Below, piece by piece: positions 18,903 through 29,135 of a stretch of 64,000 bases of DNA (position 1 is its first letter; the number at the start of each line of letters is the position of its first letter). A program made the position numbers and the translations under genes. Location of the stretch: the IMG/VR virus record IMGVR_UViG_3300012313_000001. The stretch is one strand, 5' to 3'. The notes beneath the pieces are model-generated. The model ran no database searches, was not told the DNA's origin, and saw only the letters and a list, made by a program, of their open reading frames with translations. The DNA is from a virus.

Positions 18903-18953
18903 TGAGGGATCTCCCTACGTAGTACTGCGTGAGGGATCTCCCTACGTAGTACT
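18903..18953. repeat. Tandem 24-bp direct repeat between divergent genes
   Basis: TGAGGGATCTCCCTACGTAGTACT at 18903 and 18930. Confidence 0.9.
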
Positions 18954-19115
18954 ACGATTTGCTCTTCAGGCAGCCTGAGGTACCGCCATGGTGCGCTCTA
19001 TGCATTCAACCAAGGAAGAGCACATCAGGAAGTATGAGATGAGGCAGTTGACAATCCCCCAATCAGATGTGTATGCTTCATCTTGTACAAGACAAATCCA
19101 CAGAAAGGAAACATC

Positions 19116-19538
19116 ATGAGCGATTCGATGGCATCTCTTAAGAAGGATCTGGAAGTCGCTGAAGAGCGTGAGAGAAAGGCTAGTCAGGAAGCCATGAAGG
19201 CGCAAGAGGAAGCCACTGAAATTCGCAAGCAGATGGCGTTGCAGCGTGAGAGTGCAATGCTTAACCTTGGGTCTGATATGCTCCAGTTCATCAAGGATGA
19301 GGATTTCTATATCCGTACTGCCACTAACCCCTCAGAGTTTCCCAGCACTGATCTGATTGAACTCTACCGTAACGATGTGAGCATGGAGATGTCTCACGTT
19401 TACGAGCGTAAGGGGCACGTCTCGGAGTGCAACGTTGAGGACGTGAATCAGTCCTACAAGGAACTTCAGACCGTGAAGGTGACGTTCTACATCCCACGTG
19501 AGCGTGTTGCTCACCTGATCGAGAAGAACTTCGGCTGA
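19116..19538 (+). CDS. Coiled-coil hypothetical protein
   Basis: GAAAGG RBS, TTGACA..TATGCT promoter upstream, terminator downstream. Confidence 0.8.
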   Translation: MSDSMASLKKDLEVAEERERKASQEAMKAQEEATEIRKQMALQRESAMLNLGSDMLQFIKDEDFYIRTATNPSEFPSTDLIELYRNDVSMEMSHVYERKGHVSECNVEDVNQSYKELQTVKVTFYIPRERVAHLIEKNFG

Positions 19539-19556
19539 CCGTCAAAGACCACGCAC

Positions 19557-19604
19557 AAGCCTTCAGCCCGGTAGGAATCACTCCTGCCGGACTGAAGGCT
19601 TTTT
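19557..19604 (+). terminator. Intrinsic terminator
   Basis: AAGCCTTCAG..CTGAAGGCTT hairpin followed by a T run. Confidence 0.8.
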
Positions 19605-20149
19605 GGCTCCCTGTACGTAGATAAGATTTCCACATCTTAGGCTTATAAGCAGCATGACCATGCTGTGCCTCCTCTCGCCTAGCAGCACACGCTATGCAAT
19701 CTGGCTCTGGTCCCCATCGAGACATGAGGGATCTCCTTGAAGACCATGCAATCCGCCCATCCTTCTTCGAGAAGCCAAGGTGTCCTCACTCCGAACCATG
19801 GAGATCTACATCTGCCCCTAAGAGCAGCAGCATGCCGATCAGCATCTCATGCAGCGCTAGTCAGGTATCGCGGGGTGCTCTGCATTTCAGACATCAGAGG
19901 GGACGCTCTGCTAAATCTCTTGCTAATTGGCGCTCTTCTTCCGTGAGGGCGAATCTTTTCCTCTGGGTTCGAATCTTTTCCTTCCAACACGCGTGATCCT
20001 GTGCTACATTTAAATCAGCAGGTCGAAGCAACAGCATAGAGATCTCGTAGAGGGCAACCAGTTATCACAGCCTCAGGCTCGCTAAGCATCCATACTGATC
20101 GATGAGCCAAGGAACCTTCCATCACGCGAGATGGGAATTGTTTAGAAGG

Positions 20150-20770
20150 AACCGTTCATCCTCTGCTATTCAGGTTGGGGTTCATTTTGTATTCATTACA
20201 GATGATCCATTCACAGGTTTCATCCAGTTTCCATCCAAGATGTGCGCAGATCATTCACTTACAGGTTACGTCCAGTTTCCATCCAATTTCCTCGTAGCAT
20301 CCGTTTTCTCATCCACTCACAGGTTTCATCCAGTTTTCGTCCAATCTCTTCGCACCATCCATTGCCTTATCCAATGTGCGCAGATGATCCATTTTCATCC
20401 ATTTTGTTCACTTCTCATCCAGTTTTCATCCGTTTTCAGGTTTCGTCCATTTTTCATCCAAAGTGTGCGCAGATCATGCATTCACAGGTTTCATCCAGTT
20501 TCCATCCAATTTCCTCGCACCATCCATTTCTTCATCCGATGTGCGCAGATGATCCATTTTCATCCGTTTTCAGGTTTCATCCAGTTTTCGTCCAAAATGT
20601 GCGCTGATCCACTTTTCATCCAGTTCTCATCCAGTTTTCAGGTTTCGTCCAATTTCTATCCGTTTCTGTTCATTTTTAGGTTTCATCCAGTTTTCATCCA
20701 ATTCGTGATCTCATCCATTTCTGGTTTATCCAAATCCGCACATCTTTGTTTCTCATCCACTTTCTACCCT
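20150..20770. repeat. Degenerate repeat block (AGGTTTCATCCAGTTT and TGTGCGCAGAT units)
   Basis: About five copies of each unit, pyrimidine-rich plus strand, no credible ORF. Confidence 0.85.
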
Positions 20771-20823
20771 ATGTGAATTTTCATTCATCATGTTGATTTT
20801 GATCCCATGTTTTCTTATAAGAG

Positions 20824-21442
20824 CCTATTCATGATGTGAGAGTTTTCATCCATCCAAATCCGCACACCTTATCCATTTCATTCATTTTCATCCATCCCGT
20901 TCACATGTCCACTTTGTGTTCTCATCCCGTTCCGATGTCCACTTTTTCATCCATTTTCTCTTGAGAGCCTATTCATGATGTGAGAGTTTTATTGATCCAT
21001 TCTCGTCCATTTCCGCCATGTGTTCATTTTTCCAAGGTATACTATTCATGATGTGAGAATTCTTATCCATCCTATCTGCTCTCATCCACTTTCATGTTCA
21101 TTGTCGGCAGATGTATCCATTTTTCTCATAGTGATCATTCATGATGTGAGAGTTTTCTTTGTCCATTCTCAGCATCTCATCCATTCCCACCACACGTTCA
21201 TTTTTACTAGATCACCTATTCATGATGTGAGAATTCTCATCCATCCTGTTATCGTGGTGACAATGGTATTCATCTTTAGGTACCCATTGCTATATATGTA
21301 TAAAATTCTTTAATCACCTATTCATGATGTGAGAGTTTCCTTGTGAGCCTGTAATCTGATCCTCGTGTCCTATGGTTTCTTTTGCATCACGGGAGAGAGT
21401 GTTCATTTTTGTTGGATCACCTATTCGTGATGTGAGAGTTTT
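20824..21442. repeat. Seven iteron-like ~23-bp direct repeats (candidate replication origin)
   Basis: (CC)TATTCATGATGTGAGAGTTTT at 20824, 20968, 21041, 21134, 21215, 21317 and 21420. Confidence 0.85.
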
Positions 21443-21565
21443 ACTGGTACAAGTTGACTCTCTTGTATTCTTAGTGGGATAGGGTTGGTATTGTTATCAA
21501 AGTTTCCAAACCCTGTTCTACTAACCATTATACTGCTATTGGTTTTAATTCGGATAGGTATTGTT

Positions 21566-21973
21566 TCATAGCCATGTTGCGTATTGTTTGACTGTGTTTT
21601 CCATGATGTAGTCTTTGACTGCTTCGTATGGTGTGTTGCCGTATTGGTCGGTGTAGTTGTCTGTGTTGTCGATTTCGTGTTGGTCGAGTAGTCCTTTGTC
21701 TATGGCCCATGTGAGTACGTGTTCTTTGGTGAGGGTGGTGGGTTCCCATTCTGGTGTGATGACGAGTGTATCTTTGTTATTGATGCTCTCTGCTATTTTG
21801 TAGGCGTCGCTGTCTGCGTAGAAGTCTTTGAATGCTGTGAGTGCTGCGGTGGTGAGTTCGGTGAATTCTTTGTCCATTTTGACTCGTGATGTGATTGCTG
21901 TTTTTTGGATGAAGAGCATGAGGTCGTTGTTGTCGTTGAGGAGTTCTGTGATGACTGTGTTGATGGTGCTCAT
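21566..21973 (-). CDS. Hypothetical protein
   Basis: AAAGGA RBS, protein-like sequence. Confidence 0.65.
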   Translation of the reverse strand: MSTINTVITELLNDNNDLMLFIQKTAITSRVKMDKEFTELTTAALTAFKDFYADSDAYKIAESINNKDTLVITPEWEPTTLTKEHVLTWAIDKGLLDQHEIDNTDNYTDQYGNTPYEAVKDYIMENTVKQYATWL

Positions 21974-22573
21974 GTGAGTGTTCCTTTGCTGTGTGTAGGG
22001 GTAACACGTTGTGTGAACGTGTGTTGTATTTTCGAGTGTGTTGGTACTTGCTTGTTTATTTATTCTGTTTATTTTAGCAAAGGTTGGGTTTCTATGGTGT
22101 TCTTGTGTTTGCTGATGGTGTTCTTGTTTTTATGTGTTTTTGGGTGAGTGAGTTGTGTGCTGATTTTTGGGATGTGATGTTTCGGTTGTCTGTGTAAGTG
22201 ACATGGCGGGTTTGTCTGAATAGTGGGTTTCTGTTTCTGTGGTTAATGTGCCATGTTTTGAGTTTCGTGGGTTCTGTTGTTGTGGAGGTGGCAAGGGTTG
22301 TCGTGATTCGTGTAGTGGTGTTATGGTGTTTGTGAATGTTGCTGGTGCTGTTGCTCTGGCAGGCACTGTGCTTCTTCTTGTGGTGATTGCTGAGCGGGTA
22401 TGGCAAGAGTTCTGATAGTTCGAAAAGTGCATAAATTTCCCGTATTCCAAGGAGAGTGTTTTCTTGGGATCCGGGATATTTTGCATTTCTCTTGACTTTC
22501 AGTATTTCTTGTGCCATGCTGTAAGTGTAAGAAGGTTCAATAAGAAGAACATGAACATAGGAGATTGGTTTCG

Positions 22574-22924
22574 ATGAGTGCTGTTGCTGACAAGGATACA
22601 AGGGTTGTGTCGAATATTTGTCATGCGGGTTTTCACGATGATTGCGGTCTTGGGCATACGAAGTGTGATTGTGATTGCCATAGCGAGATTGTGGTTCTTG
22701 GTCAGAATCAGGATTTTGAGATGATGCTCAATTCTGTGGGTTATGAGCTTTGGTTCTCTGGCATTACGGATTCTGACAAGATTTCTGCTATTGTTGGTGC
22801 GGTTTTTAGCGGGTTTGGTGTTTCTGATGAGGCGCTGGTGGAGAATGCTGTTCGTGCGTGTTCTGCGGCGGTTAAGCGTGATCATTGGAGCATGTGGGAA
22901 CTCTTGGAGGATTACCAGGGCTGA
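22574..22924 (+). CDS. Hypothetical protein with Cys/His cluster
   Basis: AGGAG RBS; CHAGFHDDC..CDCDCH. Confidence 0.65.
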   Translation: MSAVADKDTRVVSNICHAGFHDDCGLGHTKCDCDCHSEIVVLGQNQDFEMMLNSVGYELWFSGITDSDKISAIVGAVFSGFGVSDEALVENAVRACSAAVKRDHWSMWELLEDYQG

Positions 22925-23066
22925 GGTAGCTGAGACTATATGCTGATCGCTGAATGGACAGTAATCGGCAGGGTAGGTGATGCTTCGAAAGGAATGTTGC
23001 TTACCCTGCTTTTGTGTGATGATTGTTGTTGAAGCGTGTTATTGTTGATTTGAGGAGTGTTTTCTC

Positions 23067-23696
23067 TTGAAAGGATTTATCGTGTCTATTTTTTCTCGTG
23101 ACTCTTTTGATTTTGATGGTTCTGTTGTTGATGATGATTCTGTTATTGTGTCTGATGATGTGTATGGTTCATCATCTTCTTCTGATTTTTTTGGTAGTTC
23201 TGTTGATGCGTATGGTGTTCCTCTTCCTGTTGGTGATATTGAGCAGGTTTCTGTGATGACTTGTGATTACAGGGTGACTGGTGCTCGTGCGAGTATGGTT
23301 TTTTCTAGTCTTCCTGATGGTGATAGGTATGGGGTTTTTGCTGTTCCTATGCGTTCTGAGGTGTATGTTCATTTGTGTGATCTTGATGGTGCTCCTTTGC
23401 GTGGTTATGTGATGGAGGATCTTCGTTTTGTTGTGAATACTAATGGTTTGCCGGTTGGTTGTGATGTTGATCGGGTGCAGGTGGTTGGCGGTTCTGCGGT
23501 GCGTGATGTGGGGCGTGTTGATCTTTCTGATGATTGTGGTTTTATTGTGGTGAGTGAGACGTATCCGGTGCGTTCGGTTGGTGGGATCAATCGTGTGGTT
23601 CTTGAGTTCTTGTTGGTTTCTCCTGATGGTGTGCGCAATGAGATGTCTTTGTCTATGCGTAGTGATGGTGTGTGGAAGGAATCGTGGAGTGCGTGA
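23067..23696 (+). CDS. Hypothetical protein
   Basis: 209-codon ORF; GAAAGG before GTG at 23082. Confidence 0.6.
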   Translation: MKGFIVSIFSRDSFDFDGSVVDDDSVIVSDDVYGSSSSSDFFGSSVDAYGVPLPVGDIEQVSVMTCDYRVTGARASMVFSSLPDGDRYGVFAVPMRSEVYVHLCDLDGAPLRGYVMEDLRFVVNTNGLPVGCDVDRVQVVGGSAVRDVGRVDLSDDCGFIVVSETYPVRSVGGINRVVLEFLLVSPDGVRNEMSLSMRSDGVWKESWSA

Positions 23697-23995
23697 GTTT
23701 TTGGTTTCTTTTTGATGGTCAAGGATGACACAAGGTGTGCTGGGTGAGGTAGTTAGGGGGTGTTATAGCGGATAATACAATAAAGGTGCCATAGCGAACA
23801 ACTATGGCACCTTTATTGTTGCTATGTGTATTTTTCTTGTTGATGGTTGTTATGTTGTCTTGTTGTGTTTCATCTGACCGTCTTTTTAAGTGTTGTGTTC
23901 TATCTGACCATACTTGTCAGGTGTGTTGCGTTTTATCCGGCAATCTTTTCAGGTGGTTTTCAATTGTCTCAACTGACAAGTACGGTAGATGGTTT

Positions 23996-24700
23996 TCAAC
24001 TGACGAGCATTTTGAGTTCAGTGTGTTCTTCGATGGCTTTTTTGAAGTTTCTTTGGTTGATGATTCTTCCATGGTCAGTTCTGAGTTTGTCAATGATGTT
24101 GGAGAGTGATCGTAGGGCGTTTTCTTTTTCTGTGTCTGCTGATGCGTCGTTGGTGATGATGTCGAGGAGGTTTTTTGCTTTCTGGTGGAGTTTGCGTTCT
24201 TCTCTGGTTGTTGTTCCCCATCCGATTGAGCGGGCTGCGTTGATGGCTGTGGATAGGGAGGTATCGAAGTTATCGAGTTTGGTTTCTACCTCATCGAGTA
24301 TTTCATCTGTGAGGTAGGTGGGGTCATTGTTCTTGATTTCGTCTAGTGTTCGGGTGGCGATTTTTTGGTTTTGGTTGAGTGTGATGACAAAGGAGGCTAG
24401 GGGGTCAGTGAAGGAGGGGTAGTCAATGGAGAAGGCTGGGTCCATTTCGTATTGTGCTCTTTTTAGTTGCAGTTCGCCCAGGCGTGCAGATGCTCTGGCT
24501 AGACGATTGACGTATGTTTGCATCTGCCTGTTTTTCTCTTCTTTTTCTAGTCTGAGTTTTTCCTTGGCGGAGGGTGCTCTTTCGATGCTTGATGGTGTGT
24601 TAAGGACAGGTGTGTTAAGGATAGGGATTTTTCCGGTGAAGCCGACTGCTATGAAGATTATTCCTACTATGAAGAGGGTGATGAAGAAGATGAGGACCAT
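23996..24700 (-). CDS. Membrane-anchored helical protein
   Basis: N-terminal TM segment, AAAGGA RBS. Confidence 0.75.
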   Translation of the reverse strand: MVLIFFITLFIVGIIFIAVGFTGKIPILNTPVLNTPSSIERAPSAKEKLRLEKEEKNRQMQTYVNRLARASARLGELQLKRAQYEMDPAFSIDYPSFTDPLASFVITLNQNQKIATRTLDEIKNNDPTYLTDEILDEVETKLDNFDTSLSTAINAARSIGWGTTTREERKLHQKAKNLLDIITNDASADTEKENALRSLSNIIDKLRTDHGRIINQRNFKKAIEEHTELKMLVS

Positions 24701-26373
24701 TATGGTTTCCTTTTCTTTGATGCTGTTTAGAGTGATGAATTGATCTTTGCGTTCAAGACAACGTGAATCGTGATGATTGTTGTTCTTGGTTGCATGATGG
24801 TTCTTCAGGATGGTTCTTTTGGTTATATTAACTTTCTTATAGTGATTATTGTAGCAATTCCTGCTGTTGGTGTATTGACAGATCTTGGCGCATTGGCATC
24901 CGCTCCATGCTGAAGCAGAGAGCCTTCAACTTACCATTGATGCTCTTGATTTCCCTGCTGTCCTTTCATATCTGTCAGTCTCCAACGTTCAATGTAGACA
25001 GTTCACCGTATATGGCAAGGATCTGGAAATCAATGGTGTTATGTTTTCTCCTGATGGTTACACTGTTCATGTTACAGAAGATTCAACATCTGAGTCTTTT
25101 AGTACGTGGCTGCGTTCAAGATCTTGATGTTGTGTTTTATTGATATTGGGGTTGATAACTGAATAGAAAAAGCACACTATGTACGAGAATGCGTAGTGTG
25201 CTTTTTTGTGTCAATTTCTTGTTGGTTGAGTTTGTGTGTTGCTGGTTTTGCGAATTACGGCGAGGCTAAAGACAATACTGTTTTATGTGCTTTCGTGTAA
25301 AGATTTTGGTGTAGCGTATTTTTCTGCTGGTTTGCTCTATGTTGATGGTTTTGGAGTCTTCCTGTTCGATTGTGGTGGGGTCAGCGTTTTCAGGAGTAGG
25401 CTTGCTTGTTCTCATATGCATGCTTGTCTTCATGTAGTCTTCTCATTGTCGTAAGACAGGTACGGTTCTCTTCTGAGTGATTGTCTTAGTGGAGAGTTGA
25501 TAGTGCGCTTTGTCTTTTGTCAGCGTGGTGGTCTTTGTTGTTGAGGGCGGAGCGTCCCTCGGTTGTGGAGCGTCCCCTTGATTGAGTGGTCTGTGATTTT
25601 TAAAATTTTGACGCGCCCGCCGATTGTCAGGTATCCCCTTGTCTTGTCATGGTCATGCGTGCTGTGGTTGCGTGCTTGTATGCTCTTATTTTTAAAAATT
25701 TTTCGTATTGGGTTTTAGGGTGGGAGACTGGGTGGTAGTCTATACGGGGAAGGTGTGTTGGTCTACTCTGTGTCCTGAAGCGGTCTCTACCGAGAGGTGA
25801 TCTTTGAGTCCCTCACTCCGTCACAAAATCCCGCTGCCCCCGTTCTCGCTCTGCAACATTTGCCCACGACGAATAGACCCTCTCAAGAATGAGAGTGTCT
25901 TTCATATGGCCTTAGTGATCATATGCATTTTGATCACTTGTCAGTGGCAGTTCACTGTCATTCAGGAAGAATATTTCAACTGCGCCCAGTTTGATTAGAA
26001 GCAACGGTGGGCTTTCCACGCTTTTATCATATGATGTTTTTAAATTGTATGTTTGTCATGGGTTGATCCATGACGATACATGAGTATATCAAAATTGTTC
26101 TATGGGGGTGGTTGTGATGTTTGCGCTTGTGTTTGTCGTGAGATTGTCAGTTCTTTTACATATTTATGTATTCATATGCATAATTATTCATTAAGATTCT
26201 TATCGCACACTTGTTTAAAACGCTATGCTATCACTATGTTTATCTGGTTTCTAAGAAAATTATATTATTTTTCTGTGAGTGTTCTGATTAATAATTATGC
26301 GTAAGTATGGGATCATATGTTTTCAGGGTAACGTGATGTAAGGGGATGATTATTCAATCATGTGATGTAGGAG

Positions 26374-26862
26374 TCATTTTTCAATGTTCTCATATGGCTT
26401 GATGGGTTTTCCTTCTGTGTTTAGTAGAACGTAGTCACAGGATTCTCCATAGTAGGATACTTTGAATTCTCCTGTTACGCGCTCTTGTTTGGGCGTGACC
26501 CATGTGGCTTCATCGGTGCCTGTCTTTCCGTTGGGGCGGCAGTGGAGTGTGGGTTTTGGAGTGAATTCACTGACGTTGTAGTGGTTTTCTATGCCTTGGG
26601 AGATGTTCTGTGTGGCTTTTGCGTAGTAATCATTGGTTTCTGATGCCATGCTGGCGGGGATGATGGCAGTGGAGCCTATGAGGATGATTCCTGTGATGCC
26701 TAGTGAAAGGGGATGTGCTTTCTTACTGACAAGGAATGAAATGATCAGGAGGAAGAGTCCTAGAGCGAATACGACAGATCCTGTATGGAATATCCACTCT
26801 GGGAGATTTGATTCCAGTGGTGGAAAATAAGGAATAGTGTATCCTTGGGGCGTGTAATTCAT
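26374..26862 (-). CDS. Two-TM membrane protein
   Basis: AGGAG RBS, hydrophobic helices. Confidence 0.7.
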   Translation of the reverse strand: MNYTPQGYTIPYFPPLESNLPEWIFHTGSVVFALGLFLLIISFLVSKKAHPLSLGITGIILIGSTAIIPASMASETNDYYAKATQNISQGIENHYNVSEFTPKPTLHCRPNGKTGTDEATWVTPKQERVTGEFKVSYYGESCDYVLLNTEGKPIKPYENIEK

Positions 26863-27048
26863 GCTCTCCTGTACCTTTCTTGTGTATTGCGAATGAATAT
26901 CATTACAGTACACAAGAAAGGTACAGGTAGGAGGTGTTGTCCTCTTATTTACTGGTAGGGGCCAAGAGTTTTAGGGGACGGCATAAGTTCTCCCTACTAG
27001 CGCAGCATCCTTGTCATATTGAGGCGAAAGGGATGCTACAAAGAGGTA

Positions 27049-27771
27049 TCAGATGGTTTTCCTTCTCCTCATGGTTTGATCTGAAACGTAATCATATATG
27101 TCTTCAAAATCATACATGTCATCATCATATATGATTTCCTCCTTGTGGGACAAGTCAGGGTCAAGAGGATTACCATCTGAAGGTGTTTGGTCGTTGTTCT
27201 CGATGGCACCTTCTCTCACAATACTCTTGAAGTATTCATCCAGTTTATGCGTGGGGTCATACTGGAACCCGTATAGTGTTGTCTCTGTCTTATTCCATTT
27301 CTTATTGATGACAAGGATGCTATGTTCGTCAATAGTGATGATTTCATTGCGTGGCTTGATAGCAAAAGGCAAGGGGGTAACCAGATACAAGATTGTAAAG
27401 ATAAAAGGCACGATGAGGAGATAATTTGAATTAGAAACTCCGGCAATTGCTAAGATCGCGTTAATACCGAAAGAAAGAATTAAAGCCAAGAAAGATGCTT
27501 TAGAAATTTCTTCGACTCCTGTCCCCTTGATTAAGATTTTCTTACTAGTGGGCAAGAGGTATCTGTTTGCATTGCCACTATAAGAATATCCATAATTGCA
27601 ACGGATACTCCATTCGCCATCGATGAGTCTAAGAAGGACATCGTCGGTACTGACCTTCGTGTAGTATCCGTAATCGCTCTTGGTGATCTGGTTCAGATAG
27701 GTCTGAGCGCTCTCATCGGATCTAAACTTTTTGCTAACCTGATTGTTCATGCTACTAATCTGATTGTTCAC
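27049..27771 (-). CDS. Membrane protein, paralog of 51598-52131
   Basis: Two TMs; YDPTHKLDEYFKSIVREGAIENN vs YNPRKKYEELFDSIADAGKIETN. Confidence 0.7.
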   Translation of the reverse strand: MNNQISSMNNQVSKKFRSDESAQTYLNQITKSDYGYYTKVSTDDVLLRLIDGEWSIRCNYGYSYSGNANRYLLPTSKKILIKGTGVEEISKASFLALILSFGINAILAIAGVSNSNYLLIVPFIFTILYLVTPLPFAIKPRNEIITIDEHSILVINKKWNKTETTLYGFQYDPTHKLDEYFKSIVREGAIENNDQTPSDGNPLDPDLSHKEEIIYDDDMYDFEDIYDYVSDQTMRRRKTI

Positions 27772-27829
27772 AATTTTCCTTCTATCAATTTTTCTGTGTA
27801 ATGATTGTTGATGTTAGATTCTGTTCTAA

Positions 27830-28447
27830 TCAGAAGTTCTTGAGTTCCAACAATGCTTCTACAGATTTAGTGCGTGCCTTTTCCTGTCTGCTCATTTCTG
27901 CAAGTCCCTGATCGTCAAAGAGGGTATCTGTAGAAATGGCGTCTGTGTTGTTCTCCAAGACCCTTACCATTTCGATCTGTCTCTTTGATTTCTGTGCATC
28001 ATCGATGATGGCATGAGCTTTTTCAATTGCCTTAGCATACTCATTTTTCTTTGCCTCCATCGGTGCAAGTTTCTTCTCCTTCAAGAAATTAAGGAGTTTC
28101 TTTGCCTGTTCGATTGACTCAGGATTGAAATCATGGTAAAGAAGGAGTTCTCTGTTAGGAATATAGCGTTGGAGCAATCGATCTATCCAACCAGTATTTT
28201 CGATCTCCCTTTCGGCTCTATGCTTCTTGAGTTTATCCTGTTTACTCATCTCCATGAGCTCAATTGTAATCGTCCATACTTCAACATGTTCATTGAGCGT
28301 CTCGCAAGCAGCATTGATACTGTTGAACTCATCTTCATGATCGTTCAAGAACTTCTGTGCTTTTTCAATGTTTTGATTAGCGTCATTCTCCCAAGCAATC
28401 AGTGGTGAGACATGCTTGGTCTTCTTCTTGACAAGCATGGATTTCAT
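27830..28447 (-). CDS. Coiled-coil protein
   Basis: E/K-rich heptad pattern, GAAAGG RBS. Confidence 0.75.
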   Translation of the reverse strand: MKSMLVKKKTKHVSPLIAWENDANQNIEKAQKFLNDHEDEFNSINAACETLNEHVEVWTITIELMEMSKQDKLKKHRAEREIENTGWIDRLLQRYIPNRELLLYHDFNPESIEQAKKLLNFLKEKKLAPMEAKKNEYAKAIEKAHAIIDDAQKSKRQIEMVRVLENNTDAISTDTLFDDQGLAEMSRQEKARTKSVEALLELKNF

Positions 28448-28641
28448 GATGTCTGCCTTTCAATCTCGTGTGACGTGTTGACTATGTTATCACTCTACCA
28501 TAGCGATCTGTCGCAGTCAACACTGATTATGCTTTCATCTATAGTGCCGATGGAGTGGTTTCTGAGTAGTGTGTCCAGCAATGAAATTGTTTTGTAACTA
28601 TCTTCTTATTTCTAGATCATTCTACATGTAGACAGTTGTGG

Positions 28642-29055
28642 TCAACGGTTGATGGAGCATTCATAGGTGGTCTTTTTCTTGGGGTCGAGGAGTGATCTTG
28701 ATTTGTCGCAAACAAGGGGTACTACGTTTCCTTTGTAAGAATTGATTCTTTCTTCTTTGACATAGATGGCGTCAAGTAGTCCTACAGTGGAGACTTTGTA
28801 AGCATCATCTCCATTGAGTAAAACGTTGTGATTCAATTCTGTATCAAGTACGATCACGTTTGCGGTGTGTCTGTAGGGAGAGTACATAAAAGTGAAGATG
28901 TAGACAGAAGCGATTCCAGTGAGGGCAGCAGCACTTGCCATGAAAAGAGAGGCTGACTTCACATCAAGCAGATACGATAAAATGGAAACCACGAGAAAGA
29001 CGATGATGGTTACTCCTAATAGGATTGCTGGGAGGGATACACTTGATTGCGTCAT
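28642..29055 (-). CDS. Membrane protein
   Basis: AAGGAG RBS, two TMs. Confidence 0.7.
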   Translation of the reverse strand: MTQSSVSLPAILLGVTIIVFLVVSILSYLLDVKSASLFMASAAALTGIASVYIFTFMYSPYRHTANVIVLDTELNHNVLLNGDDAYKVSTVGLLDAIYVKEERINSYKGNVVPLVCDKSRSLLDPKKKTTYECSINR

Positions 29056-29135
29056 GGGTCTCCTTTATTGAGTAAGTATACTTTTTAATATCTCTTCTGT
29101 CGCCTTCCTTATGTTCTACTTTTCAATGAAATTCC

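Noticed and set aside
19600..19990. Minus-strand frame that reads through if TGA=Trp (stop-codon recoding)
   Set aside because: Most well-supported genes here terminate at TGA, and no TCA-anticodon tRNA was found
20102..20776. 224-aa and 121-aa ORFs in the repeat block
   Set aside because: F/H/P/I/Q-repetitive translations of the DNA repeat with no clear RBS
20824..21442. CRISPR array
   Set aside because: Spacers are 50-120 bp, irregular and low-complexity, and no cas genes are present; an iteron-like reading fits better
22092..22885. Minus-strand T/N/H/K-rich ORFs
   Set aside because: Artefacts of the extreme G+T strand bias; the plus-strand ORF at 22574 has the RBS
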